Assembly: GCF_006345805.1 (NCBI RefSeq)
Contig: NC_043018.1
Location: 25,048,001 to 25,112,000 of the forward strand
Source: Octopus sinensis
Taxonomy: Eukaryota
DNA length: 64,000 bases
Direction of reading: 5' to 3'
This document shows positions 23,660-36,650 of this stretch, piece after piece. Both the position numbers and the translations under genes were made by a program. Below the pieces are notes generated by a model. It had not been told where the DNA came from. It saw only the letters and a program-made list of their open reading frames with translations, and made no database searches. Position 1 is the stretch's first letter. Every line of letters starts with the position of its first letter.

Positions 23660-25400
23660 TTTCAAATCCTACTTTGTGGGAAAGAGGGAATTGTGGAATA
23701 GCTGTCTTTCGAAATCCCATACCACATGGAAAAGGGGGAAGAAAATAGCTTTTTATTCCTTTAGTTTCTTTCTTTCTCTTTTTTTCTTCGTCTTTTTGAT
23801 ATTCCTGTGATTTCTTGCAATGGAAATTAGATCCGATTATATTATATAATATATATTATATATATATTGTGTGTGTTTGTGTGTCTGTGTTTGTCCCCCT
23901 AGCATGCTTTGACAACCGATGCTGGTGTGTTTATGTCCCCGTTACTTAGCAGTTCGGCAAAAGAGACGATAGAATAAGTACTGGGCTTACAAAAGAATAA
24001 GTCCCGGGGTCGAGTTGCTCGATTGAAGGCGGTGCTCCAGCATGGCCGCAGTCAAATATATATATATATATATATTGTATTTTTGCCCCTGATTTTCCTC
24101 GTGAGGTCTTTCAGGACCAAATATACCAAAGCCTTGAACTGGTTATACAACACACAAGGTCCTTTGGTTCTGAGACACCCTAATCATTCAAGAGGGTTGA
24201 AGTTGCAAACAATAACACAGAACGTGGCACCAGTGGGGTATCCGGGAGTCACGTCCTGGATGCGGCCCGGCCACCTTGAATGTGCAGAGTTCAGGGCCAA
24301 AACACTTGTATGAAGTAGGGGGTATGATTCTTCTCTGAAGAAGCAGACCTTCTGCTGTTAGGCTCCCTCTGGAGTCTCTTACTATCACACATGTATGTAC
24401 AGACATGCATCTAGGGGAAAATATGCATAAAATCACAATCTTTCCATGACCATAATTCTCGAAAATAATTGCTTCTAACAGACAGAAAGGCCTGGAAAGA
24501 ATCTGTATATGAAGCTAGTGTGGGGAAGGAGAAGTGTTTGGCTAGTGCTTTATTCTGTCGACCCTTCAAAGGATTAAGCAAAGTTGACTTAAGAAGAATT
24601 TGAACTCAGAACGTGAGGGACCTTGAAAAATATCTTAAAGCAGTTTGTTCGACGCTCTAATAATAAGCCAATACGGCTCATACAGGGGTGGTTGGGATTA
24701 AAGAAGTGTATCGTAGATTTAAAAAAAAAACGCAGTACCGACTCGAGTCTTAAGACTCGTAGGGCTATTTACTCGGTTTCCATGACTCGGGTTTCTATGA
24801 CGCAGAAAGTGAGCGAGATCACAACACTCTCACTGGATGGGACGCCAGTCCATCGCCGGTTTAGTCATTTGCAGTTGAGTGGATTGGGATGGGACAACGT
24901 GAAATGAGGTGTTTTGCTCAAGAACACAACACAACACAACACACCGTAAATGACCAGTCCGAGAATCGAGACGACGAATTTACGATCGTTAATACAACTG
25001 CCTATGTAGGCACTCGTCCGCGCGTCTTCACGGATTAAGGATAAAGAAATTGGGTGTAAGAAAAAATTTGATTAAGATGTTTTGATTTTGATTTTTTTTT
25101 TCATTTGAAGTAATGTCTGTTAGTCAAAGTTTTTTGTTTGTCTTGTCTTTAAGTCATTAGAACAGAGGTTATTTTAAACAGGCAACTGACCCGACAGAAA
25201 TGGTTTATGTTTGCATGGCATCGGATTAAAAAAACCTGTATGTTGTAGATTAATTATTAGTATCTGCTGTGAGTAAGATGTAAAAGAGTGACTTTGGTAT
25301 AGTTAGTACTACAGAGTCTTTCTCCCTCTATCTCTCACACACGTGTGTGTGTGTGTGTATGTTTACTCATATATATATTATATATTATATTTATATATAA

Positions 25401-25985
25401 TGTGTGTGTGTGTGTGTGTGCGTGTGTGGATGTTATATAATTCATTTTTTTTTTTGGAACAGTGGATCTCGAAGCAAGAAAATCTCTAGAAATAATAACG
25501 TATAAATGGTGGTTTAAAAAGACCCTTTTGGAATGAAAGTCAAAGCTTCTGGTGTGTGTGTTGTGTGTGTGGATGTAATATAATTATTTTTTTGGAACAG
25601 TGGATCTCGAAGCAAGAAAATCTCTAGAAATAATAACGTATAAATGGTGGTTTAAAAAGACCCTTTTGGAATGAAAAAGTCAAAGCTTCTGTGTGTGTGT
25701 GTGTGTGTGGATGTAATATAATTCATTTTTTTTTGGAACAGTGGATCTCGAAGCAAGAAAAATCTCTAGAAATAATAAAGTATAAATGGTGGTTTAAAAA
25801 GACCCTTTTGAAGAAAAAGTCAAAGTTCTGTGTGTGTGTGTGTGTGTGGATGTAAAATTCATTTTTTTTTGGAAAGTGGATCTCGAAGCAAGAAAAATCT
25901 CTAGAAATAATAGCGTATAAATGGTGGTTTAAAAAGACATTTTTAGAATGAAAAAGTCAAAGCCTCTGAGTGTGTGTGTGTATGT
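25401..25985. repeat. Minisatellite, four units of about 140 bp joined by (TG)n
   Basis: GGATGT anchor at 25428, 25571, 25709 and 25848. Confidence 0.92.
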
Positions 25986-26731
25986 GTGTGTGCGCGCGCG
26001 TGTGCCTGTGCGTACTCCAGAGCGGCCAGAGAGACTGGCTCGACCAAAATATAAAGAATATTATTAATTTGTATTACGGTATTGAGGGTTCTTTCTCTCC
26101 CCCACCCTCACATATATACACACACACAGGTATCGACAATTTAGAGGACGTATTTTTGTGGGTTCTTTATTTCATCGACACCCCACGTCCCCAAGCGGGG
26201 ATGGAAGAGAAAGCTGGCTTCTTTGCGACTAAATACCACAAGGCGTTTCATCTGGCATTCTACCCACCGATTCTTCTTCTCCACAAATTTTATCAAAACC
26301 TTCGCGATCGGAGATATCGACCAAGACAAGAATGTCTTTGGTTGGTGAACATGGATGCAGCCAAAAGAGCGGTGAAAGGCCTCTTAATTAATTTAAATGG
26401 ATCTACCATTAGCAGAACAAGATTAAGATTCTATATAGGTCCCTGGGCGTTGCTTCAAAAATAGCTGTTTCTAATTTAGGTGCAAAGCAAAAGATTGTAT
26501 TGACTCGAGAGAGACAAAAGACAAAGTTGATATCGGTGGGATTTGAACCCAGAACCGGAAAATATACTTCAGAAGCTTCCTTTCTTCCCTCCCACATTTT
26601 TCTCTTCTTTTTTTTTTTTTTACCTGACGCTCATACAATTCTCTCAGCTCACTGCCAAATAGGTGGATTTATTTTAGCACGGGACCTACAATTTTCAGGT
26701 GTGTGTATGTATGATATATATATCTATATAG

Positions 26732-26781
<50 letters not shown>

Positions 26782-26814
26782 TATCTATATATATATATAT
26801 ATATATATATAATA

Positions 26815-27203
26815 GTGCAGGAGTGGCTGTGTGGTAAGTAGCTTGCTTCCAACCACATGGATCCGGGTTCAGTCCCACTGCGTGGCACCTTCGGCAAGTG
26901 TCTTCTACTATAGCCTCGGGCTGACCAAAGCCTTGTGAGTGGATTTGGTAGACGGAAACTGAAAGAAGCCCGTCTGTATATATGTGTATATGTTTGTGTG
27001 CCTGTGTTTGTCCCTCAACATTGCCTTGACAACCGATGTTAGTGTGTTTACGTCCTCGTAACTGAGCGGTTCGGCAAAAGAGACCGATTGAATAAGTACT
27101 AGGCTTACAAAGAATAAGTCCTGGGGTCGACTTCTTCGACTAAAAGCGTTGCTCCAGCTTGGCCACAGTCAAATGACTGAAACAAGTAAAAGAGTAAAAG
27201 AAG
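26815..27203 (+). mobile_element. SINE family A, full length
   Basis: Head, internal microsatellite, 3' module and AAAAGAGT tail. Confidence 0.9.
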
Positions 27204-27237
<34 letters not shown>

Positions 27238-27658
27238 GGGTTGACCAAAAGTCACCTGACAGTAAATCAAAGCCATGTAATTCCAAGATTAAAACAAAAA
27301 ATCATTTTATATGAGACTTGTCTAATAAATAGACAAATGTTGGAGGGCAAAAAGCGGTGAATTTTAACTCACACCATTCATAATTGGTATGAATAAATAA
27401 AATTGAATATTAAGTATTTATGGGATTGTGATAAACCATAACCTTAGACCCTACCAAAAGATTACCTGGAGTTCTTCACTAATCCAAGTCATCAACAAGA
27501 CGGAGGTATATGTCACTGGATTTATTTCAGAAATTCCTTTGTGTCTGTAGAGTTTTTATAAAAACTATGAGAGACAGAATATGGAATTCACGAAACTCTT
27601 TATTATTCACTACGATCGTTTCGACACATAGCGCACCGATGCAATATATATATATATT

Positions 27659-27850
27659 TAATCCAAACATGAAAACACAAAGAGAAAACACAACAACGCG
27701 AGGATGTGGAACAAGTATAGTATTATTGGACGCTCAGGAAAGAAGGAGGGTTTAACATTTCGAGCGGAGCTCTTCGTCAGAAACATAGGAAAAGGAAAGA
27801 TCCAAAGAAGGGAAGACGGAGGAAAAAAATCGCCAACGGTACACACGCGA
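27659..27850 (-). mobile_element. Putative Penelope-like solo terminal repeat with minimal hammerhead-like motif (27750-27784)
   Basis: Minus strand: GTTT-CTGACGA-A-GAGC-tcc-GCTC-GAAA-T-GTT-AAAC. Flanked by (TA)n. Confidence 0.6.
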
Positions 27851-27854
27851 CATT

Positions 27855-27898
<44 letters not shown>

Positions 27899-28923
27899 TG
27901 TGTGTGTTTGTGCTCCCAACGCCTGGCTGGTGTTGGTGTGTTTACGACCCCATAATCTAACGGTTCGGCAAAAAGCCGACAGAATGAGTGCGAGATTTCA
28001 AATAAGTCACTAAATGCTTGAAGGCTGTGCACCAGCATTGCCACACTCCATCGAATGACTCAAGTAAAAGAATGAAATATATTTTGCATGCTGCTGTTCC
28101 GTGGTTCATCCAAACCCGGAGAAAAACTGCTTGGACTATTATAGAGGCGCACCACTGATTTTGGAAAAGTGGTGAGTAATAATTGGAACTTGTGATGTTT
28201 ATGCCGTAACGAGAAGCAGTAGCAGAGTGAAGCACAATAACAGGCATTCTGTCGGTTACGACGACGAAGGTTCCAGTTGATCCGACCAACGGAACAGCCT
28301 GCTCATGAAATTAACGTGCAACAGGCAGAGCACTCCACGGACACGTGTACTCTTAATGTAGTTCTCGGGGGATATTCAGGATGTGACAAGGCCGGCATTT
28401 TGAAATAGGGGTACTATACCTTTTTGCCAGCTCAGTGGACTAGAGTAGAGCAACCTGAAAATAAAGTCTGTTGCTCAAGGGCACAATGCATGGCCGGGAA
28501 TTGAACTCGGAACCTTACGATTGTGAGCCGATTAGCATAACCACCAAGCCACGCGTGGAATAAGAAGGAAAAAGCGGAGGTTCCTTGCAAAGTCATCGGT
28601 TTATTTTTGCTGATATTTTTAACGAGATTAGGGAAGGATAGTTGGGAGCGTACGTCTATTAGCACTCACACACATCAGCTTTACACTGCCACCACTACCG
28701 CCTCCACCACAGCTCGACTATAGTTTTTAAAAGCTGTGAAATATCAGGTTATTTACTTCCTGGCTTCACTAGCGGGAAATGTTCTAACACTAATTAGTAC
28801 CCTATGGGACACGCACACACACACACATCCATACATACACGTGTGTGTAGTCTGCATATTGGATGAATAGTGTAGGCATTGATTTACTCCATTATCAAAC
28901 TAGTGGCAATGGTATATAGTATA

Positions 28924-29150
28924 TATTTCTTTACTACCCACAAGGGGCTAAACACAGAGGGGACAAACAATGACAGACAAACGGATTAAGTCGATTACAT
29001 CGACCCCAGTGCGTAACTGGTACTTTATTTATCGACCCCGAAAGGATGAAAGGCAAAGTCGACCTCGGCGGAATTTGAACCCAGAACGTAACGGCAGACG
29101 AAATACGGGTACGGATTTCGCCCGGCGTGCTAACGTTTCTGCCACCTCGC
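28924..29150 (-). mobile_element. SINE family B, full length
   Basis: Homology to 16028-16265. Confidence 0.9.
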
Positions 29151-29282
29151 ATTGGTATATAGTATATGCGTGTGCATACATACATAACTTACACACGCTT
29201 GTAAATAGAGACAAATAGTCAGGTAGGTAGATAGATAGATATACCACTAACCCTCTACTTTGACATACGTAGTTTATACACA

Positions 29283-29338
<56 letters not shown>

Positions 29339-29353
29339 TACGGACATATACAC

Positions 29354-29396
<43 letters not shown>

Positions 29397-29429
29397 TCAC
29401 AATATATATATACATATAGTGTGCGTACG

Positions 29430-29528
<99 letters not shown>

Positions 29529-29538
29529 ATATATATAG

Positions 29539-29572
<34 letters not shown>

Positions 29573-29627
29573 ATATATATATAATCATATATATATATGT
29601 GTATATATATATATATATTATATATAT

Positions 29628-29685
<58 letters not shown>
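29283..29685. repeat. Long interrupted (TA)n tract
   Basis: Direct reading of the sequence. Confidence 0.9.
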
Positions 29686-29688
<3 letters not shown>

Positions 29689-30141
29689 TTATTATTATCA
29701 GCACACGCACACATCGATGTATATACAAACACAAACATACTCATAAACACAGACGCGCGCGTATATAACGCAGAATATAATTACATATGAACACTTTTGT
29801 TATTGGTATCTGATATTAAATACCAATACAAATCTTATAACAAAAATATCGCGTTGTTGTCTTTTTTTTTTTTTTTGATTATATATGTATAATCGCACGC
29901 GTGTGTGTCTGTGTGTATGCATGTGTGCGTGTATATGTAAGCACAGGCGCACACACGCAATATTTTTCCTCGTACATAAATGCATACAAGAGATTGGATA
30001 AAGAAAAATTCTTCAAACCCATTTCCATGATAGCATTTTACAACATCGGCTCTTTTAATCATATCGCAGTGGACTGTATTAGTGGGCGGGAAGATAGCTG
30101 TGACGTTCTCTCTTTTCATTGGTTACTTACTTCTGAGAAAG

Positions 30142-30241
30142 NNNNNNNNNNNNNNNNNNNNNNNNNNNNNNNNNNNNNNNNNNNNNNNNNNNNNNNNNNN
30201 NNNNNNNNNNNNNNNNNNNNNNNNNNNNNNNNNNNNNNNNN
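30142..30241. other. Assembly gap (100 N)
   Basis: Run of exactly 100 N, the usual placeholder for a gap of unknown size. Confidence 0.98.
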
Positions 30242-30396
30242 AATCAATCAATCGTCAACTTTGAACGAAAAAACAAAATATACCAACTTGTCCAGTTAGG
30301 TCCCAAGTGAGTATATATGACCTGCCAGAAAGGTCGTGTTTATATGCCTTCTTACTTGTGTGTGTGTGTGTGTGTGTGTGTGTAGGAGTGGTTGTA

Positions 30397-30537
30397 TAGG
30401 AGTAGTTGTGCTGTAAGAATCTTGCTTTCCAACCACGTGGTTTCGGGTTCAGTCCCACTGCGTGGCACCTTGGGCGCCTCGGACCGACCAAAGCCTTGTG
30501 AGTGGATTTGGTATACGGAAACTGAAAGAAGCTCGTC

Positions 30538-30610
<73 letters not shown>

Positions 30611-30807
30611 AGTAGAGTGTGTGTCTTTGTGTCTGTGTTTGTCCCCCACCATCGCTTGACAATTGATGTTGTTAGTGCGTCAACTTAGCGGTTCGGTAAA
30701 AGAATAAGTACTAGGCTTACAAAAATAATTCCTGGGGTCGATTTGTTCGACTAAAGGCGGTGCTCCAGCATGGCCGCAGTCAAATGACTTGAAACAAATA
30801 AAAGAAT
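30397..30807 (+). mobile_element. SINE family A
   Basis: Head, (TA)n(GA)n core and 3' module. Confidence 0.85.
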
Positions 30808-30897
30808 ATACACACATACACTCATAATAAGCCATTCGATGTTTGTTGTCTACACCACCTGTCTTCGTCTTTTGTTTTTTTTTTGTTTGTGAATTTT

Positions 30898-30941
<44 letters not shown>

Positions 30942-31361
30942 TGTGTGTAAGTATGCATGTATGCGATATCTGGACAAATTTCTTCGAGGGGTTCTAAATA
31001 AGCCACCTTATACCTGGGTTACGTCTCAGTTGCCCTACTTCAATGGGCCCTGATACCACAACACAAAAACTGACTCAAGAATCACCCTCTTTCTCGCCTC
31101 TTCTCCTACGTATATGTGAGCAACCACGCAAATCTCAAGCATTTTTTTAATCTATTGACCCCTTTCTATTCTGATGTCCCCACCACCACCACCATACACA
31201 CACTCATAGCCATTCGATGTTTAAAAACTAGTTTTATAGACGCTTCTTTGAAAATTCCTATTTTGTGTTTTTCACACATTCCCTTGTGTAGGTTCAACTA
31301 TGTAAAATGTTACAGAAAGAAACCCAGCTGTTTCTTCTGATACGTACCAAGGATCCACCAA

Positions 31362-31495
31362 GGATCTTTTCAATTTCAGTCAACAGATTTTTAAATTAAT
31401 TTTTTTTTTAACTAAACAGTTTGAAACTTCGGATACTGTCACGTAGAGCACGGTTTACTTTTAACGTTTTTGACAAAATTTTGTATTTTAGAACC
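31362..31495. mobile_element. Terminal fragment of the GGATC-ended long-TIR family
   Basis: Homologous to the reverse complement of 12380-12511. Confidence 0.65.
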
Positions 31496-31524
31496 ATACG
31501 AATACATGTAAAGCAAAATTTTTT

Positions 31525-31790
31525 CATCATCATCATCGTTTAACGTCCGCTTTCCATGCTAGCATGGGTTGGACGGTTCAACTGGGGTCTGGGAAGCCAG
31601 AGGGCTGCACCAGGCCCAGTCTGATCTGGCAGTGTTTCAACAGCTGGATGCCCTTCCTAACGCCAACTACTCCGTGAGTGTAGTGGGTGCTTTTTACGTG
31701 CCACCTGCACAGGAGCCAGACGAGGCTGGGAAACGGCCACTATCGGATGGTGCTTTTTACGTGCCATCGGCACGGAGACCAGACGAAGGT
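31525..31790 (-). mobile_element. 3' end of an RTE-like LINE/SINE with (GAT)n tail
   Basis: Minus strand GTTGGCGTTAGGAAGGGCATCCAGCTG..CCAACCCATGCTAGCATGGAAAGCGGACGTTAAACGATGATG. Second copy at about 61020-61205. Confidence 0.7.
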
Positions 31791-32370
31791 TCCTTAAAAT
31801 ACTGCTGTGAGTACCCAATTTACTATTTAACTTACGTGGGCCACACTAGCATAACGAGCACGAGGACACCACGGAAAGACCATCACTAACGGGTAAGAAG
31901 TACAAGGACGGGTTACATGAACGGTGAGAGTAAGAGCCATACGTCGAATGTAAAAAAAAAATCTGTTTGAAAAGAATACATACACACACACAAAATGTTA
32001 AAATTATTTCTAATTGAGTCAGAAAGGCCATAAATTTGATATTAGTCGCAATATAATTTTAATAACATATTTTTTCCCTTCCCATTTCACACGATTGTAT
32101 ACATATTTCTCCCCCATTGTTTGGGGGAGAAGTGGTTCGCACGCACGCATCTATCTATTTTTTTGCCCATGTATATTCGTGTGTGCGTGAGCTTCAACCC
32201 AAACAGGTCTTCCCCCAATGCCTCTCTATACATACATATATTATATATATATATAGTTGAAATTTATATAAAAACAAAAGACGAAGACAGGTGTATGAAC
32301 AAGCAAGTGTATTAGTTTGACGCTCGGGAAAACTGAAAAAGTCTTACGGTTTCGAGCCAACACTCTTCAA

Positions 32371-32736
32371 GGATATTTTCGGTTTGACCGGCAGTTTTTA
32401 AAAATAATTTCCACGTAACTAAACACTTTTAAACTTCGTATATTGCTAGAATGTGTTTATAAAACATCTTTTTCTCTTGGCTTTATTGAGAAAATTCTAT
32501 AGTTTGTAAAATATTTGGGGTTTTTTCCTGCAATTTCAACCAATCAATGACGTCTATTGAGGTGAAAACATTCTGTACCGTATGAATATGTCCCTCGTTT
32601 AAGAAACAGATTGGGTTTTGATTTTGATTTTTGATTTTTCCAGTTTCAGCTCATGAGCTGTGGCCATGCTGGGGCACCGCCATTTATTTACATTTCTGAA
32701 GAAAAAAAGATACTGCCGTTCAAACCGAAAAGATCC
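32371..32736. mobile_element. Non-autonomous DNA transposon, GG..CC termini, 8-bp TSD (Merlin-like by inference)
   Basis: TIR GGATATTTTCGGTTTGACCGGCAGT / ACTGCCGTTCAAACCGAAAAGATCC. Perfect TSD CTCTTCAA at 32363-32370 and 32737-32744. Confidence 0.85.
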
Positions 32737-33294
32737 CTCTTCAACAGAAAGGAATAAGAGGAAATAAACAGAGAGAGAATGAATAAAAACGTGTAGAGCT
32801 CAGCGGTCCAGCAAGGTGAATGATTGGGATAAAAAGGGGTTGACAGAAAGGGAGATAACAATAGCGCTGTGATCACAAGAGAAAGTGCGCGTGTGTGGTA
32901 GCTGTTGCACTTAAAAGAGAACTGGGTTATATATATTTTATTTACATTCGGTTCTTGTTCTTAAATCTATATTTCTCCCAGCCACTCGTTTTTATTTACC
33001 TTCGAGGATTACAACTGATTGGAAACATCAGCTAAATCCCCCTCATCTCCCCTACTCCTCATCGTCTTAGGAATAGACACATTTCCTTGTATTCCTTGGT
33101 TCACTGCTCAGAAGGAAGAGAGACGGGATGGTTACGGCTGGAATGCTTTTGATTATTGATAGGTTTGCTCAATCAAAGTTAACTACACAAGCGTAATCTT
33201 TCTTTATAAACAAAACCCAATAATTGACAAATTCAGCAGTTTCATACTGTACAGCAGGGGTTATATATATTGGGCTCGTATTTCGTATATATAT

Positions 33295-33480
33295 AGCCGT
33301 ATTTCGTCTGCCGTTACGTTGTGAGTTCAAATTCCACCGAGGTCGACTTTGCCTTTCATCCTTTCGGGGTCGATAAATTAAGTACCAGTTACGCACTGGG
33401 GTCGATGTAGTCGACTAATCTCTTTGTCTGTCCTTGTTTGTCCCCTCTGTGTTTAGCCCCTTGTGGGTAGTAAAGAAATA
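33295..33480 (+). mobile_element. SINE family B, 5'-truncated
   Basis: Homology to full copies. Confidence 0.88.
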
Positions 33481-33648
33481 TATATATATAGGGCTCGGAG
33501 AAGAGTTAGCCCTAAGAAATGTGTCACAATAGGCCCATCTATGTATAGGCATGCCCTGGTGTCATGTGAATCAGTTCCCTTCACCTTCCTCACAGCTTAA
33601 CGGTTAAATAGCCTCTGTGCTTCAAATGTAAGCTAGGAGTAAGTAGAG

Positions 33649-33950
33649 CAGGGGTCGGGATACTTTTTTAACCAAATACCCCAAAATATATTTATTTTCG
33701 TCGATGTTACTCCCTTGATTTGAAAAGAAGAAAATTATAGATTCTTTGAATTCAAAAGATTATATTGAATCTATTTACACGTCCATTTACATTGGACAGA
33801 TGCAGTGTTGCCAGAAGAAGAATTTCTGTCATAACAAGGAACACTTTTTTTTTTTATATAATTCTACTTATGTCTAATGAGTCCTCATTACCCCCAAGAA
33901 TTTCATTTTCACTCCACTTAGGGTAATTTACCCCCGTTCGCCGACCCCTG
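33649..33950. mobile_element. hAT MITE, 302 bp
   Basis: CAGGGGTCGG..CCGACCCCTG termini. TSD AAGTAGAG/AAATAGAG (7 of 8 match). Confidence 0.8.
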
Positions 33951-34001
33951 AAATAGAGTAATTAAATAAGGTAAAATAAACAAACAGAAGGCAGCGAGAA
34001 A

Positions 34002-34350
34002 CCACTAGTTGATCCGATCAATGAAACAGCCTGCTCGTAAAATTAACGTGCAAGTGGCTGAGCACTCCACAGACACCTGTACCCTTAACGTAGTTCTCAG
34101 GGAGATTCAACGTGACAAAGAGTGTGATAAGGATGGTTCTTTGAAATAGATACAATAGAAACAGGAAGAAAGAGTGAGAGAAAGTTGTGATGAAAGAGTA
34201 CAGCAGGGTTCGCCACCACCACCCTGCCGAAGGCTCGTGGAGCTTTAGGTGTTTTCGCTCAATAAACACTTACAACACCCGATCTGGGAATCGAAACCAC
34301 GATCCTACGACTGCTAGTCCGCAGCCCTAACCACTGGGTCATTGCCCCCC
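34002..34350 (-). mobile_element. SINE family C (tRNA-Arg-like head)
   Basis: Minus strand GGCAATGACCCAGTGGTTAGGGCTGCGGAC..GTTTCGATTCCC. Tail homologous to about 28245-28400. Confidence 0.85.
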
Positions 34351-35407
34351 CCCCCCACAAACACACACAGATATGATAGTTTGTGTGTGTGTGAAGGAAG
34401 GTGTATCTACTCTGAGAATGCCTGAAATTCCAACCGTTGTGGTGGCCATTGTTTGACTGTCTGTCACAAGACAAGTCAACTAACCCCGACCCTAGCCAGT
34501 CCTCCACAAACTGTCAGCTGCTTCGAGAAGCCATCGTCTTTGTCTCGCCTGTGACGTTGCCATCGTCGTCGTTGTCGTTATTATCATTATCGCCGTGGTG
34601 ATCGTCGTTGTCGAGGCTGTCCTCTTCATCATCGCCGTTGTCGATGTCTTCCGTTATCACTATCCATCTTAATCGTCGTCGTTTCTCCTAAGGCGATAAG
34701 CGGAAGAAAGAATGTATAAGTTCACAAGCTCTCTAGACCACGCCTTCGCTTAAATCGAGTCGATTCTCCTCTGCGTTGTCTCAACCCGGATATGATGGCG
34801 AATTTTTTCGTCTTTTCTTTCAAATATTTCTTGGGTTTAATGGATGAAGGTTTGTCAACACCCACGACCTTCTGAGTCAGAGAAAGCAGGACGGGCAGGA
34901 CTGCGTGCGTGACCGTCTTGTCTTCGAGAACCTCTGAAACTGACAGGGCGAGAGGAGGAAGGAGCGATCCTTACATAGAGGGTTTTGGCAATGAAAAACA
35001 CTAAAAATTGTACCCCCTACAACCTCTGTTCCCGAGCCTATTCGCTGGCGAAAGTAACAAGGGAGCGTCTGTGCAACCCATCGGATTTCCTGCCGACTAA
35101 CATACATCACATACACAGCACACACATAGATATGTATACGTACATTATGTACACATTTCTGGAGTGCTGATGAAACCTACTGAGGTAGAAACACGTGCTC
35201 ACAACCGTCTCTTTACTTTCTTGCTTCAAACAGACTACCTTTTCGTTAATTGCATGTCAATTCTGAAGAATTCTTGAAATTATCTTCCTTCCTCAATCTG
35301 TGTTTGTCCCAGCTGCCACCAGATGATTGATTTACCTTCCCTGGGGGCGAAGAGAATTTCAATAAATCACGATTTTATCTTGTACAGTATTTAATATATC
35401 TTTACTC

Positions 35408-35496
<89 letters not shown>

Positions 35497-36610
35497 TTTT
35501 ATTTTTTACTTGTTTCAGTCATATGACTGCGGCCATGCTGGAGCACCGCCTTTAGTCGAGAAAATTGACCCTACGACTTATTCTTTGTAAGCTTAGTACT
35601 CACTCTATCAGTGTCTTTTCCCGAACCGCTAAGTTACGGGGGACAAACGTACCACCATCGGTTGTCAAGCGATGCTGGGGGAGGAAACAAGGACACACAT
35701 ACACACACACATATATATAAATGTAAATAATAAGGGTGAAAAATTGAATATTAATTTGATTAATATCAATTTAAAACCAGTGGCGTAGCATATTGAAAAA
35801 TCTGAAGATTCAGAAAAATTATATTACATACATATAAGGGAGATGACCACTAAGTGGACATCCATTATGCTGGAGGTCTGACCACTAAGAAAAGATTGTT
35901 CTCAAAAACAAAAGGAGAGATGTATCGTTTCGAGCTTGGCTCCTTGTGAAAAAGAGGAAAGGTCCAGAGAGAGAAAAAACAGTAGTCCTGTGTGCGCGCG
36001 CGCAAGAAGGCGTATAGCTAAGTGGTTAGGGTGTTACACTCGCGAGATCGTGGGTTCTATTGCAGGAGCGGGCGGTGCGTTGTGTTCTTTTCAACAAAAC
36101 ACTTTCTTGCTATTATGTTAAACTACTGTATGTCCAAATTTGACTAAATTGGGTTTTTTTTTTAAATATTTATTTTTGCTTGCAATAACCAGTTCTTTTG
36201 GTCATACTATCGTATTTCCAGTTGCTTCAGATGCCGAAATATGAAAAATTGTTAAAGTGTAGTACAACGGTTTTGCTATGGAATGGTGAAAGTTTTTTTT
36301 TTTTTTTAGTTTTCTGAAAAGCAACGTTTTGGACTTACGACACTTTTGCATAATAGCAGCGACTTAATCTCGCGATCTCACGTTGCTCTGCGATCGCTTC
36401 GACATTTGGACGTGTAGTAGTCCACCGTGAACCTTATTCAGGCAATGTCTGATTTCATGGAGGGTGTGAGTGAGCTAACGTGCGGCACGAACATTTGATC
36501 CCTATAAACAAATTACTCGGTGCAGGTTGTTCAGTAAGAAACCGCAGAGTCGTGTTTCTCAGACTTTGAGAGCCCAACGATAATGTGTGTGTGTGTGTGT
36601 GTCTTTCTCT

Positions 36611-36650
<40 letters not shown>

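Noticed and set aside
25970-26464. 164-aa ORF in unique sequence
   Set aside because: It starts in (TG)n, has no recognisable domain and no consistent splice pair. It cannot be supported as CDS without BLASTX or RNA-seq.
30142-30241. Interpreting features on both sides of the gap as physically adjacent
   Set aside because: The 100-N gap has unknown size and possibly uncertain orientation.
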